The position numbers were made by a program, and so were the translations under genes. The notes under the pieces are model-generated. The model did not search any database. It saw nothing but the letters and a program-made list of their open reading frames with translations, and was not told the origin of the DNA. A DNA stretch of 64,000 bases from Acidimicrobiia bacterium (GTDB lineage: Bacteria; Actinomycetota; Acidimicrobiia; Spongiisociales; Spongiisociaceae), in contig JBFGLM010000003.1 of the NCBI GenBank assembly GCA_041576165.1, positions 64,001 to 128,000 on the forward strand. The letters run 5' to 3'. How positions within the stretch are numbered: position 1 is the first letter of the stretch; each line of letters starts with the position of its first letter. This document shows positions 19,131 through 29,441 of this stretch, one piece after another.

Positions 19131-20657
19131 CTACGAGTCGATTTCGCGGCCCGCCATCGCCATTGCCAGTGAGTCCTCGCTGATGGACTCGGCCGGCCCG
19201 CTCAGCATGGCCCGTCCGCGATACATGACCACGATCCGATCGGCGAGTTTGAACAACTCCTCCAGGTCGAGCGACAGCAGGAGAATCGATCCGCCGCGAT
19301 CGCGCAGCCCCAACAGCCGGCGATGCACATAGTCGATCGCACCGACATCGAGGCCCCATGTTGGGTTGTCCGCCACGAGGATCGTGGGGTCGCGCGACAT
19401 CTCTCGAGCCAGCACCACCTTCTGCTGATTCCCTCCGGACAGGCTGCCCGCGGTGACGGTGGGGTCGGGTGGGCGCACGTCATACTGCTCGAGCAGGTCC
19501 GTCGCAGTCCGCCGCACCTCCGACCAGTTGATCATGCCGCGGCGCCGGAACCGGCCGGCCGCGAGGTCGCTGATCGTCACGTTCTCTGCCAGCGTCATGT
19601 CGAGTATCAAACCGAGGCCCTGGCGGTCCTCAGGGATGGCTCGCAGACCTGCCAGCCGGCGGTCAACCGGGCTCATCGCCGACACCTCCCGGCCGGAGAT
19701 CACGATTGTGCCGGCGTCCACTTCGCGAATTCCGAGTAAGGCGTCGACCAGTTCTCGCTGGCCGTTGCCTTCGACGCCGGCGATCCCCAGAATTTCACCG
19801 GCGCGTACTTCGAGGGCGAGACCATCGACGGCCACGCCATGCCCGTGGGCGGCGGCCACCACGAGACCGTCGATCTGCAAGACCGGTGGTGAGGAGTCGG
19901 CCTCGGTTTCGGCCCGGGGAGGTAGCGCCTCCCGCTCTCGCCCCGTCATCGCCCGCGCCAGGCTTCGCTCATCGAATTCACCCCGGCTCAGCGACGCCAC
20001 CCGCTCGCCGCGGCGCAGTACCGTCACCCGATCGGCCACCTCCATCACCTCGGCCAGCTTGTGAGTGACGAGGATGATCGAGTTACCCCGATCACGCAGC
20101 TGGGCCAGGATCGACAACAGGTTCTCGATCTGAGTCGGACCAAGCAGCGACGTTGGTTCGTCCATGATCAGAGTCTGCGCGCCCCGGAACATGGCTTTGA
20201 TGATCTCGACCCGCTGCTGGAGGTCGACGGGCAAATCCTCGACCGGTGTGGCCGGCTCGATCGGCATGCCCAGCTCCGTTGCCCGAGCCGCCACTTGCTC
20301 CTCGATGTCGGAGGCACGCAACCGGAAATCGGTGACACGACCGACACCCAACATCACGTTCTCGGCGACCGTGAAGGACGGCACGAGACTGAAGTGCTGA
20401 TGGACCATCCCGATTCCGCGATCAATTGCATCGTGAGGGGTGTTGATCGTGACCGTCTCGCCACCGATGGCGATGGTGCCGGCATCCTGGCGAATGTGTC
20501 CGAACAGGATGTTCATGAGCGTCGTTTTGCCTGCGCCGTTCTCACCCAGGAGGACGTGGATTTCGCCCGGCATGAGGTCGAAATCCACGTTGTGGTTCGC
20601 CACTGTGTCGCCAAAGCGCTTGTTGATACCCCTCATCCCGACGATGGCAGCGGTCAT
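19131..20657 (-). CDS. Nucleoside/sugar ABC ATP-binding protein (two ABC domains)
   Basis: GENGAGKT, GVEGNGQ and LSGGNQQK; start ATG 20657 overlaps the upstream TGA. Confidence 0.9.
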   Translation of the reverse strand: MTAAIVGMRGINKRFGDTVANHNVDFDLMPGEIHVLLGENGAGKTTLMNILFGHIRQDAGTIAIGGETVTINTPHDAIDRGIGMVHQHFSLVPSFTVAENVMLGVGRVTDFRLRASDIEEQVAARATELGMPIEPATPVEDLPVDLQQRVEIIKAMFRGAQTLIMDEPTSLLGPTQIENLLSILAQLRDRGNSIILVTHKLAEVMEVADRVTVLRRGERVASLSRGEFDERSLARAMTGREREALPPRAETEADSSPPVLQIDGLVVAAAHGHGVAVDGLALEVRAGEILGIAGVEGNGQRELVDALLGIREVDAGTIVISGREVSAMSPVDRRLAGLRAIPEDRQGLGLILDMTLAENVTISDLAAGRFRRRGMINWSEVRRTATDLLEQYDVRPPDPTVTAGSLSGGNQQKVVLAREMSRDPTILVADNPTWGLDVGAIDYVHRRLLGLRDRGGSILLLSLDLEELFKLADRIVVMYRGRAMLSGPAESISEDSLAMAMAGREIDS

Positions 20658-22939
20658 GGCCGCTCGCTCTCGTCGGGCCGGTTGTGGATGGCCCGCCAGA
20701 CTCTTTCCGGCCGCAGGGGCAGGTCGAGATGCCGTACGCCGAAGGGGCGGAGGGCATCGATGACGGCGCTGTGGATGGCCGGCGTGGAGCCGAGGGTTCC
20801 CGCCTCCCCGACGCCTTTGGCGCCCAGGGGATTGTGCGGTGTCGGGGTCACGTGACTGATAGTACGGAGGTTGGGCAGATCGGTGGCGGCGGGAACGAAG
20901 TAGCTGATCAGGTTGGTGGTCAATGGTTGGCCCTCGGAGCCGAAGCGGGCGTGCTCGAAGAGCGCCTGGCCGGCTCCTTGCGCCACACCGCCGTGTTGCT
21001 GGCCTTTGACGAGCATCGGATTGATAACGGTGCCGCAGTCGTCGACCGCGGTGTGTTCTACCAGCCGGACCCACCCAGTTTCGGTGTCCACTTCGACGAC
21101 TGCGACATGCGTCCCAAATGGATAGGTCGCCGCGCCTTGAGGGTGTTCGACTTCCGCTGCCAGCGGGGAAGAATCTTTTTCGGTGGCTGCCTGGGCGAGG
21201 TCCCCCCACGCAATGGCAGTATGCGGCGCTCCCGCCACCCCGAGGCCGACGCCGGGCACGACCGTGATGTCGGCGACCGCCGCCTCCAGCAGATCGGCAG
21301 CAAGCTCGCGCGCCCGATCCACGACCGCATTGCTGGCGACAAACAGCGAGCTACCCGCAAGTTGCACCGTACGAGACGCGTACGTGCCTCCACCGCGCGG
21401 GACCTGGTCGGTGTCTCCCTGCACAACAGTGACCCGATCGAGCGGTATCTCGAAGCGGTCCGCCACGATCTGCGCGAATGCGGTGGCATGGCCCTGTCCG
21501 TGGTTGGCGCCGCCGGCCCGGGCGACGATCGTTCCGTCCCGGGCGACCTCGACGGATCCCAACTCATGTAGCGGGGTCTTGCCAACGGTCACCTCCACGT
21601 AGCAGCCAACACCGACGCCGAGTTGGAGCCGGTCGCCATGGGCGCGACGGGCGTCCCGCTCCGCTATCCATGCTCGATGTGACGACCGGTCCAGCGCAAG
21701 ATCCAATGCCGAGCCGTAATCACCCGAGTCGTACTCAGTTCCGATGGCGGTGGTGACCGGATCCGTGAAAGGCGGCTGCAGGTTCAATCGTCGCAGTTCC
21801 ACCGGATCCATTCCTAGCTCCAGCGCCAGCAGGTCCATCGCTCGTTCGATGGCCTGGATCGCTTCGGGCCGGCCAGCGCCACGATACGGTCCGGTTGGTG
21901 TCGTGTTCGTGACCACGGACCGAAACGAGGCTGCGGCCCGCGGTATGTCGTAGCAGCCGCACGCCATCTCGAGGGTGTAGCGCGGCAGCCAGGTCGCAAC
22001 GCCTGGATAGGCGCCCAGGTCGGCGACGACATCGAGCTGAAAGCCCCGCAGCCGGCCCTCCTGCGTCGCCCCCAGCCGGATGCGCTGGACCTGCGCCCGG
22101 CCGTGCACCATGTTGATGAAGTTCTCCGTCCGCCGTTCGACCCATCGCACCGGCCGGCCGAGCCGGCGCGCCGACTCCGCAACCACCGCATGTTCCACGA
22201 GCAGGTCGCCCTTGGCCCCGAAACCCCCGCCGACGTCCGGCGCTATGATCCGCAGCTGGTCCGAGTCGATCCGCAACATGGCGGCGAGGCTCGTGCGGGT
22301 GTTGAACACATCTTGGGTCGAAAGCCACACGGTGAGGCGCCCATCTGCGTCGACAGTCGCCAAGCAGCCGGAGCCTTCCAGCGGCACTGGCGCCAGCCGC
22401 TGGTTGACGAGCCGGTGCTCGACCACGACCTCCGACCCGGCCAGTGCATCCCCGTCGAACCCGGACCGCTCTTCCAAAGCGATGTTGCTGCCCAAGTCCT
22501 CAAAGAGGATGGGCGCATCTGCGGCCATGGCGGCGATCGGGTCCACGGTGGCCGGCAGCTCGTCGATCTCGGCATAGATGAGACCGGCCGCGTCCGCCGC
22601 GATCCGCTCGCTCTCGGCGATGACCACTGCGTAGGGATCACCCACGTAGCGGACGGTGGCCGCGAGCGGCGGACGGGCGCATTCCGGTGGCGCTCCCCAG
22701 ATCTGCAAGGGCGCCAGATCGAGTTCGTGGGCCGTGAGAACCGCGACGACACCGTCGGCAGACCGGGCCGCCTCGACCTCGACCGAACGGACCCGGCCGT
22801 GGGGAAGGTCGGAACGGGCGAACACCGCGTGGAGCACGCCCGCTGGAGTCATGTCGCCGACATAGGCGCCGGCGCCCCGTATGAGTCGAGGGTCTTCGCG
22901 GCGAGTCACGGCTCGCCCGAGAATGCTGCCGCCCGTCAT
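20654..22939 (-). CDS. Xanthine dehydrogenase-family molybdopterin large subunit (L3, form II CoxL-like)
   Basis: VGGGFGAK, loop GPYRGAGRPE and KGVGEAG; no adjacent M or S gene. Confidence 0.9.
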   Translation of the reverse strand: MTGGSILGRAVTRREDPRLIRGAGAYVGDMTPAGVLHAVFARSDLPHGRVRSVEVEAARSADGVVAVLTAHELDLAPLQIWGAPPECARPPLAATVRYVGDPYAVVIAESERIAADAAGLIYAEIDELPATVDPIAAMAADAPILFEDLGSNIALEERSGFDGDALAGSEVVVEHRLVNQRLAPVPLEGSGCLATVDADGRLTVWLSTQDVFNTRTSLAAMLRIDSDQLRIIAPDVGGGFGAKGDLLVEHAVVAESARRLGRPVRWVERRTENFINMVHGRAQVQRIRLGATQEGRLRGFQLDVVADLGAYPGVATWLPRYTLEMACGCYDIPRAAASFRSVVTNTTPTGPYRGAGRPEAIQAIERAMDLLALELGMDPVELRRLNLQPPFTDPVTTAIGTEYDSGDYGSALDLALDRSSHRAWIAERDARRAHGDRLQLGVGVGCYVEVTVGKTPLHELGSVEVARDGTIVARAGGANHGQGHATAFAQIVADRFEIPLDRVTVVQGDTDQVPRGGGTYASRTVQLAGSSLFVASNAVVDRARELAADLLEAAVADITVVPGVGLGVAGAPHTAIAWGDLAQAATEKDSSPLAAEVEHPQGAATYPFGTHVAVVEVDTETGWVRLVEHTAVDDCGTVINPMLVKGQQHGGVAQGAGQALFEHARFGSEGQPLTTNLISYFVPAATDLPNLRTISHVTPTPHNPLGAKGVGEAGTLGSTPAIHSAVIDALRPFGVRHLDLPLRPERVWRAIHNRPDESERP

Positions 22940-22963
22940 GGTGCCGGAACCGGGCGCCGCCGC

Positions 22964-24337
22964 TCAGTCAGGGCAATAACCAATCAGATCGAGCAGCACC
23001 TTCGCGCCGGGCACCAGCAGCGGTCCGCCGATCTCCAGGGTTGTCGAGGCTGGCTTGTCACCGTCGAAATGAGCCGCCCACTCCTCGATGCTCTGCGCGA
23101 ACCACTGAAAATCGGCATGAAACGCCTGCCGCCGGCAGATCTGGTCGAGGCTGGTCCCGGCCGCCTCACAGATCTTGGCGACGTTGTCCAGCATGTAGCG
23201 CATCTGCAGCTTGGGCGGCTGTCCATACCACGGGAAGTTGGGATGGCGCTCTGTCGACTCTTCCAACGACCCTTTGTGGTTGAACGGCAGGGTGGTCGAG
23301 AAGAACAGGAACTTCCCGGCCTTGACCGCCTGCGGTTCGTGCCCCAACCCTGGGGGCGCCTTGGTTGTTTCGATGGTTTCGATCTCCAGGTCGGAGTCGC
23401 CGGCCAGCAACTTGAAGGCGATCTCGATCCGGCTGCCTTTCCCGCCGAGTCCCATGTAGGGGATCACTACCCGGGCCGGTGGGTTCTCCGGAAACCAGTG
23501 ACGCCACACCTTGTCCATGCCTTCGAAATCACGCGGGTGCCCCAGATAGACCGTGGCCTTCACGGCTCGATCGAGCGACGTGCCGGCGGCATCCGCGATC
23601 GCCGCCTGTTTCTTGAGCACGTAGTCGGTGTGCGTCTCGATGTCGGAGTGGTACCAGAACAGCGGGTTGCGGCGTGCCTCCAGGGCGATGCCGCTCGGCT
23701 CGCCGTAATACTCGGACCTACCGAAATCGCCTACCCAATCGACCGGGATCTCGCCCGCCAGGAAGACCCAGTCGCCGCGGCGGATCGCCGGGCTGTACCC
23801 CGCCAACGGTGACGGCGTCCCTTCGGGAACCTCATAGCCGATGCTCGGGCCGGGATGCACCTCCGGGTCCATCCCGATCATGTCCACCTCGAGGATCGTG
23901 TCTTTCACCAGCAGCCCGGTTTCCCGAATGCCCATCCCGGTTGACGCAGGGCGCGGCTCCTCGATGAACTCGTTGCGGGTCAAGAGGTAGGGCATGATGT
24001 CGATGCGGGGCCAGGTGTTGCCCTGATCGAACTCGTCCATCGTGGGATACGGAGACGTGAACCACTGGTAGATGCGAACGATATCGGAGCTGATGTCTAT
24101 ACCGGCGGCTTCCGCCGTCCTCTGCAAGTTCTGCAGGACGTAGCGGGACTGGATCTCCAGCTGGTTCTCCACATAGCGGTTGCGCCCATCGCCGCCTGCC
24201 TCGGGCGCCAGCCCGGTCTCGAAATCAGACGCGAGCTGGCCGGCAAAGAACACCCAACCTCCCGCCTTGATGGCTGGGCTATACGGCATCAACGGCTTCG
24301 GCTCATCTCCCCATACTGCGGTGCGGTCGCTCGCCAC
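22964..24337 (-). CDS. Triple-domain Rid-family protein (divergent domains)
   Basis: Three Rid-like units (YSPAIKAGGWVFFAGQ, YSPAIRRGDWVFLAGE, PQAVKAGKFLFFS); 457 aa. Confidence 0.8.
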   Translation of the reverse strand: MASDRTAVWGDEPKPLMPYSPAIKAGGWVFFAGQLASDFETGLAPEAGGDGRNRYVENQLEIQSRYVLQNLQRTAEAAGIDISSDIVRIYQWFTSPYPTMDEFDQGNTWPRIDIMPYLLTRNEFIEEPRPASTGMGIRETGLLVKDTILEVDMIGMDPEVHPGPSIGYEVPEGTPSPLAGYSPAIRRGDWVFLAGEIPVDWVGDFGRSEYYGEPSGIALEARRNPLFWYHSDIETHTDYVLKKQAAIADAAGTSLDRAVKATVYLGHPRDFEGMDKVWRHWFPENPPARVVIPYMGLGGKGSRIEIAFKLLAGDSDLEIETIETTKAPPGLGHEPQAVKAGKFLFFSTTLPFNHKGSLEESTERHPNFPWYGQPPKLQMRYMLDNVAKICEAAGTSLDQICRRQAFHADFQWFAQSIEEWAAHFDGDKPASTTLEIGGPLLVPGAKVLLDLIGYCPD

Positions 24338-24365
24338 AGCACGCCTCCCTTCTGTTGTCGACTGT

Positions 24366-25169
24366 TCAGACCGAAGCCGCGTCGAGCAGCCCTGTCGCCT
24401 CGGTGATCTCGGTTATGCCGCGCAGGTCGTCGGGCAGCTCCATTCCCCTACGGGCGTAGTACTCGGCGAGAAGCGCCGGGGCGTCGACTACCAGGCCGAG
24501 GTGGAGCGAGATGACTTGAAGCGCCGCGTTCTCCGCGATCTCGGAGTAGCCGGCGACAATGTCGCGCGGCACGATGACCCGGAAGTCCAGGTTGGCCGCG
24601 TCGAACGCCGTCGACAGAACGCAGGCGTCGGTGTAGGTGCCGGTCAGGATGACGTTGTGAACATCGAGGTTCCGTAGCAAGAATTCCAGGTCGGTCGGGT
24701 AGAAAGCCGATAGCCGCTTCTTGGTCCGGATGTAGTAGTCGCCCTCGATCTCCTCGGTCATCAGGTCGAGCCATTTCGTGCCCTCCCACGAGTGCTCGTC
24801 CATCAGCTCGTTGTCCTCGATATAGAGGTAATAGAGCACCCGCCAGTTGGCCATGCGGTTGTGTTTGCGGTTGTTCAGATCGTCAATACCGCCGTAGCGC
24901 TGCCAGTGCTGAACGTGAATCACGGGCATGCCGAGGTTGCGGCACTCGGCATGGAAGCGATCGTGGGCGGGGATACGGGCGCGGGCGCGTGGTGCCGGAA
25001 GCGTCAACCGCTCGTCGGGACCGACATGGCCCCGGTGCATGTCGATCTCGACCACCGCAGTCTTGTCGGGGTCGAGCCAGGTTTCGAACGCGTCGTCGTA
25101 GTCAGGGACGCCGCTCGGGAGGACCAGCTTGCGCCCGTCCTCCATGTAGCAGTACAGCTCGGTTTGCAT
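24366..25169 (-). CDS. Isochorismatase-family cysteine hydrolase
   Basis: Triad motifs VEIDMH, TKKRLSAF and GTYTDACVLST. Confidence 0.88.
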   Translation of the reverse strand: MQTELYCYMEDGRKLVLPSGVPDYDDAFETWLDPDKTAVVEIDMHRGHVGPDERLTLPAPRARARIPAHDRFHAECRNLGMPVIHVQHWQRYGGIDDLNNRKHNRMANWRVLYYLYIEDNELMDEHSWEGTKWLDLMTEEIEGDYYIRTKKRLSAFYPTDLEFLLRNLDVHNVILTGTYTDACVLSTAFDAANLDFRVIVPRDIVAGYSEIAENAALQVISLHLGLVVDAPALLAEYYARRGMELPDDLRGITEITEATGLLDAASV

Positions 25170-25184
25170 TCGTGATCTCCGTTC

Positions 25185-26372
25185 TCAGGCGGCGCAGCCG
25201 ATCGAAGCCGGGTCGATCGCCTCGCCATCGCCCTGCAGACCGATGGTCGGGCTGCCGGCCGTCTCGTCAGGGATGGTGATTGACCCGGACCGGACCGCCT
25301 CCACGATCGAGTCGTAGGTGGCACGTTCCTCGTCAGACAGCAGACCGGCGATGTTCTCGTACAGCGGCGCCGCGATTTCCGGGTTGTTGGTGGCGTCGAA
25401 CTCGATGAAGTCTTTCGCTCCGATCTCGCCGTTGGCGGCTCGTTCGATCACTTGCTGGGAAGTGAAGGTGAGCCCGTGGATCGCAGATGTCAACACCACG
25501 TCCGGGCCGAGTTCCTGGCTCTCGTAGTAGGACGGTATGACCCAGACCTGGCTGTCTGACTGTTCGGCTGCCTCCAGGATGCCGAAGACCGCCGAGTCGG
25601 TGGCAGACAAGATCACGTCTGCACCTCCGGCGATTTCGGACTGGGCCGCCGACTTGGCAATGGCTGTGTCGATCCACGTGTCGATGTATTGCTGGCTGAA
25701 CTCGATGTCCGGGTTCACGCACCGCGCACCGAGCACGAACGCCTCGGGTTGACGGGTCAGTCCGGGGAACTCGAACCCGTTGAGCGAAGCAATGTGGCCG
25801 GTGTCGGTCACCAGTGCGGCCAGCACCCCTGCGAAGAAGTTGGCGTTGTGTTGAGCCGGGTCGACCCAGCACAGATTGTCCGGCTGGTTATCGCCTCCGG
25901 TCGCGTCGCCGGGGTGGTGTGGAGCGAGGCACACCTGGACGTCCGGGAACTGCTCCGCCAGCGTGATGGCGGGATCCACCATGGCGCCGTGGGCGATGAG
26001 GATGAAGTCGAAGCCTTGCCCGGCAAAGGCTGCTCCCTGCTGCACCACGGCGTCGGGATCGTTGAGCAGATCGACGGACTCGACCACGATGTTCGGGTTG
26101 TTGGCCATGGCCTGCTTGGCCCCGTCGAACCAGGCATTCGACCAGGAGAGGTCGTCCTCGGTGCCCGGGTAGATCAATGCCACCCGGAAAGGCTCGCCGC
26201 TCGGTTCGGCTTCGGTCGCCGCCGTCGTTTCCTCCGGCGCGGTGGTGCCTTCGGGTGCGGCGGTAGTCGCGGTTTCCTCGTCGCCGTCGCCACAAGCCGC
26301 CAGCACCATCACCAGGGCCGTGGCAAGGGCAAGTAGGCGGAGGAACCCGTCGATTGACCGTAGGTCGCCCAT
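25185..26372 (-). CDS. BMP-family ABC substrate-binding lipoprotein (nucleoside/purine type)
   Basis: Lipobox LAAC, DDLSWS and GADVI motifs; lies with CUT2-type permeases. Confidence 0.85.
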   Translation of the reverse strand: MGDLRSIDGFLRLLALATALVMVLAACGDGDEETATTAAPEGTTAPEETTAATEAEPSGEPFRVALIYPGTEDDLSWSNAWFDGAKQAMANNPNIVVESVDLLNDPDAVVQQGAAFAGQGFDFILIAHGAMVDPAITLAEQFPDVQVCLAPHHPGDATGGDNQPDNLCWVDPAQHNANFFAGVLAALVTDTGHIASLNGFEFPGLTRQPEAFVLGARCVNPDIEFSQQYIDTWIDTAIAKSAAQSEIAGGADVILSATDSAVFGILEAAEQSDSQVWVIPSYYESQELGPDVVLTSAIHGLTFTSQQVIERAANGEIGAKDFIEFDATNNPEIAAPLYENIAGLLSDEERATYDSIVEAVRSGSITIPDETAGSPTIGLQGDGEAIDPASIGCAA

Positions 26373-26453
26373 GATCTCCTCCCAAGTCGATCTGATGTCT
26401 TTGAGTCAGACAAAAGGCACTTTACTGAAGATGAATGCCGCGTGCCCGGGTGG

Positions 26454-27383
26454 TCAGGCAGACTCGCTCTGGGCCCGGTACGGAATGCCGACCGCGGCCG
26501 GGTAGGTGGATCCCGGAGCGAACACCACGGCGACGGTGGTGACCAGGTAGGGCAGCGCCACCCACAGTTGGGTCGGGATCGATGCCAAGGCGTCCAGCTG
26601 GTTGGCCAGAAACTGGAGCCCCTGCGTGAGTCCGAAGCCGAGCGCATAGATGACAACCCACTTCGGTCGCCATTTGGCGAGGACGACCACGCCCAGTGCG
26701 ATGAACCCGCGGCCGGCGGTCATTCCCGGGATGAATCCACCAGAGGTGCTGAGGACGAGGGCGGCCCCGCCGAGAGCGGCGAATACGCACCCGATGACGA
26801 CGGCTGGATACCGTAGGCGACGGACGTCGAGGCCGCCGGATTCGGCGGCCAGCGGGCGCTCACCGGCCGAGCGGGCGTAGAGCCCCCACCAGGTGCGGTT
26901 GAGGAGCCAGTGCACCCCGACTGCTAGTCCGAGCGCCAGGTAGAGCATGATGTTCTGGTCGCCGAGGACGTCGCCGATCCAGCGGATGTCCGTGATCAAA
27001 GGCAGTTCGATCGATCCCAGCGTCTCGCCGTTCTGGCCGGCGAGGTACCGCGAGTGGAGGGTGGCCGTGAAACCGAGCGCGAATATGTTGAACATGAGGC
27101 CGGTCACGATCTGATCGGTGCCTCGTCGGACGTAGAGGTAGGCCAGGATGGCACCGCTGAACAACCCCGACCCGGCTCCGGTGACGATGGCCAGGGGCAC
27201 GTTGCCGATCTGAATCCCGATGAAGGCGGTGAAGAGAGCTCCGATCAGCATGGCGCCTTCGATCCCGACGTTGAGGACCCCGGCCTTTTCTGCCACGGCC
27301 TCGCCCAGCGCAGCCAGCAGAATCGGCACCGCGAGCTGGATCCCGATGACGAAGAACGCGATCACGAGCGCTTCAGTGAGCAT
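26454..27383 (-). CDS. Nucleoside-type ABC permease
   Basis: EKAGVLNVGIEG and GRGFIAL motifs. Confidence 0.9.
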   Translation of the reverse strand: MLTEALVIAFFVIGIQLAVPILLAALGEAVAEKAGVLNVGIEGAMLIGALFTAFIGIQIGNVPLAIVTGAGSGLFSGAILAYLYVRRGTDQIVTGLMFNIFALGFTATLHSRYLAGQNGETLGSIELPLITDIRWIGDVLGDQNIMLYLALGLAVGVHWLLNRTWWGLYARSAGERPLAAESGGLDVRRLRYPAVVIGCVFAALGGAALVLSTSGGFIPGMTAGRGFIALGVVVLAKWRPKWVVIYALGFGLTQGLQFLANQLDALASIPTQLWVALPYLVTTVAVVFAPGSTYPAAVGIPYRAQSESA

Positions 27384-28443
27384 CGGGGTTCTCTGGGTAC
27401 TGGAACTTTATGAGCCCGCCGACCATCAACAGGATGACGAACACTGCGACGATGATCTCGCCGACACTCGGTGATAACCCGGCTCCCGCCTGCAGGCTGT
27501 TGCTCCCCACCCGCAGGATGGCGAAGAATCCGGCCGACGCGATGATCCACAACGGGTGAAGCCGGGCGACCAAGGCCACGCCGATCCCCACAAAACCGAA
27601 ATTCGCCGAGAAGTTCTGGAGCAGGGAGTGATCTCGACCTTGGACGATCAACGCCCCGGCCAGACCGGCGAATGCACCGGCGATGAGGAACGCTTGCACG
27701 GTGACCCGCTCGGTGCGAATACCGGCGAGTCGGGCCGTCCGCTCATTTGCTCCGATCGCTCGGATCGAAAACCCGAGCCGGGTCCGGCTGATGGCGATGA
27801 ACGCGATCACGGCCGAGGCGAGCGCGAGAAAGATCCCGATGTCAACCAGGGAACCCGACCAGGGTCGAGCGTACTCGGCGTTGACGGCGATGCTCTCTGT
27901 TCGCTGGACAAAGCCCTCCGGAAAGACGTCGAAGATCACCCACGCGGCCGTGAAGGTTGCCACGAAGTTCAGCATCAGCGTGGTCACGATCTCGCTGGCG
28001 TCGAACCGCGCCTTCAGCCAGCCGGGAATCGCGGCCCAGACGGCACCGGCCGCGATCGCCCCTGCCGTCACGGCTGCGATCAAGAGGACCCGGGGCCAGG
28101 TGTCGGGTAGGGCGATGCCCAGGACGGCTGCGGCCATGGCACCCGCGGTCATCTGGCCCTCGCCGCCGATGTTCCACAGCCGGGCTGAGAACGGGATGGC
28201 GGCCGCGAGCGCTACCAGGATCAGAATCCCCGACACCACGATCGTCTGACTCAGGTTGAATGTATTGCCGATCGAGCCGCTGATGAGTGTCCGGCCGACG
28301 TCGATGGGGCTGGCCCCGAGAATGGCGACCAGCACGGCCATTACGGCGAGCGTGCCGGCCAGCGCCAGCAGGGATCGCACCCAGCCGGGAAGCGTCCGGC
28401 CGGCGCCGGCCCGAACGAGGTTGGCGGGAACCGGCGTATCCAT
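27373..28443 (-). CDS. Nucleoside-type ABC permease
   Basis: WNIGGEGQ, EIVTTLMLN and GFVGIGVALVA motifs. Confidence 0.9.
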   Translation of the reverse strand: MDTPVPANLVRAGAGRTLPGWVRSLLALAGTLAVMAVLVAILGASPIDVGRTLISGSIGNTFNLSQTIVVSGILILVALAAAIPFSARLWNIGGEGQMTAGAMAAAVLGIALPDTWPRVLLIAAVTAGAIAAGAVWAAIPGWLKARFDASEIVTTLMLNFVATFTAAWVIFDVFPEGFVQRTESIAVNAEYARPWSGSLVDIGIFLALASAVIAFIAISRTRLGFSIRAIGANERTARLAGIRTERVTVQAFLIAGAFAGLAGALIVQGRDHSLLQNFSANFGFVGIGVALVARLHPLWIIASAGFFAILRVGSNSLQAGAGLSPSVGEIIVAVFVILLMVGGLIKFQYPENPDAH

Positions 28444-29424
28444 CTATGGCAGGAAGGCGCCGACGCCTTGAATCTCAGCAAGGCGCTTGCGATAGGCAAT
28501 TCCGGATGCGTCCGGCACTTTGAGGTGCAATTCGTCCCGAAGATCGGTCGGGATCTGCTCTGGACGCTGGCTCTCGACGACCGCCCGGTCCTGTTCCATG
28601 ATCGTGTGGGTGAAATCGATGAAACCTTGATCGTGGATTGGGTCCAGGTCGTAGTTGCGGGCGATCCAGAGGAACATGTGGGTCGTGGTGTCGTTGGTGG
28701 GGGAGGACGCCATTGAGATAAGTGTGCGGTCGCCGCTGGGGATGGTCTTGCGCAGATGGATCGTGAACGGGCCGGTCAGCCAGTACTCCCATTTGACTAT
28801 GTCATCTTCTCCTGAATGCAGGGTCGACGGCTCGGGCGCCTCGTACCAGTAATAGAGCATGCGACCCAGATTCTCGACGGTGTGCTCCGCGACCACCGTT
28901 CTCTCCCGGGAGCCGAGGATCCCTTCGTGAACGTATGGGAAGTGGGACAAATCCATGAAGTTCTCCACCGAACGGCCCGCGGACGTATTCCAGACGTAGT
29001 GATGAGACACGAACGTCCTGTATCCGGGGTCATCCCATTCATCGTTCGGGAAGGGCGGGATGTCTTCGACCGGTTCATCGAGCGCCAACCACACCAAGCC
29101 GAAACGCTCGGCCGTCCGGTAGACGATCGCCCTCGCCTTGGAGGGGATGGGCGAACCGGGTGGGAGCGACGGAATGTGAACGCAGGCACCGGTCTCGTCA
29201 TACGCCCAGCCGTGATAGCCGCTACGCAGGATGCCGTCTTCGATGAAACCACGCGACAGGGCAACGCCGCGGTGAATGCACAGGTCCTTGAATACCCGCA
29301 CCTCCCCTGACGGGGCGCGAAAGGCAACTAGGTCGTCGCCGAGCAGAGTGAACCGCTGGGGCTGGTCTCCGACGGCGGACGACTCGGCGATCGGGTGCCA
29401 GTAGTTCGCCAGGGTTGCTGCCAT
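28444..29424 (-). CDS. Rieske non-heme iron oxygenase (VanA/NdmA-like demethylase type) with a variant Rieske motif
   Basis: DLCIHRG...RSGYHGW, ENFMDLSHFPYVH and IMEQD; start ATG 29424 has a GAGGAGG RBS. Confidence 0.85.
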   Translation of the reverse strand: MAATLANYWHPIAESSAVGDQPQRFTLLGDDLVAFRAPSGEVRVFKDLCIHRGVALSRGFIEDGILRSGYHGWAYDETGACVHIPSLPPGSPIPSKARAIVYRTAERFGLVWLALDEPVEDIPPFPNDEWDDPGYRTFVSHHYVWNTSAGRSVENFMDLSHFPYVHEGILGSRERTVVAEHTVENLGRMLYYWYEAPEPSTLHSGEDDIVKWEYWLTGPFTIHLRKTIPSGDRTLISMASSPTNDTTTHMFLWIARNYDLDPIHDQGFIDFTHTIMEQDRAVVESQRPEQIPTDLRDELHLKVPDASGIAYRKRLAEIQGVGAFLP

Positions 29425-29441
29425 TGGACGACCCTCCTCGC

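Noticed and set aside
5829-22939. Aerobic CO dehydrogenase (coxMSL)
   Set aside because: None of the three large subunits has the form I AYxCSFR loop, and no coxDEFG accessory genes are present.
22103-23812. 569-aa plus-strand ORF
   Set aside because: It is an antisense shadow of the Mo-subunit and Rid genes, typical of high-GC DNA, and has no recognisable motifs.
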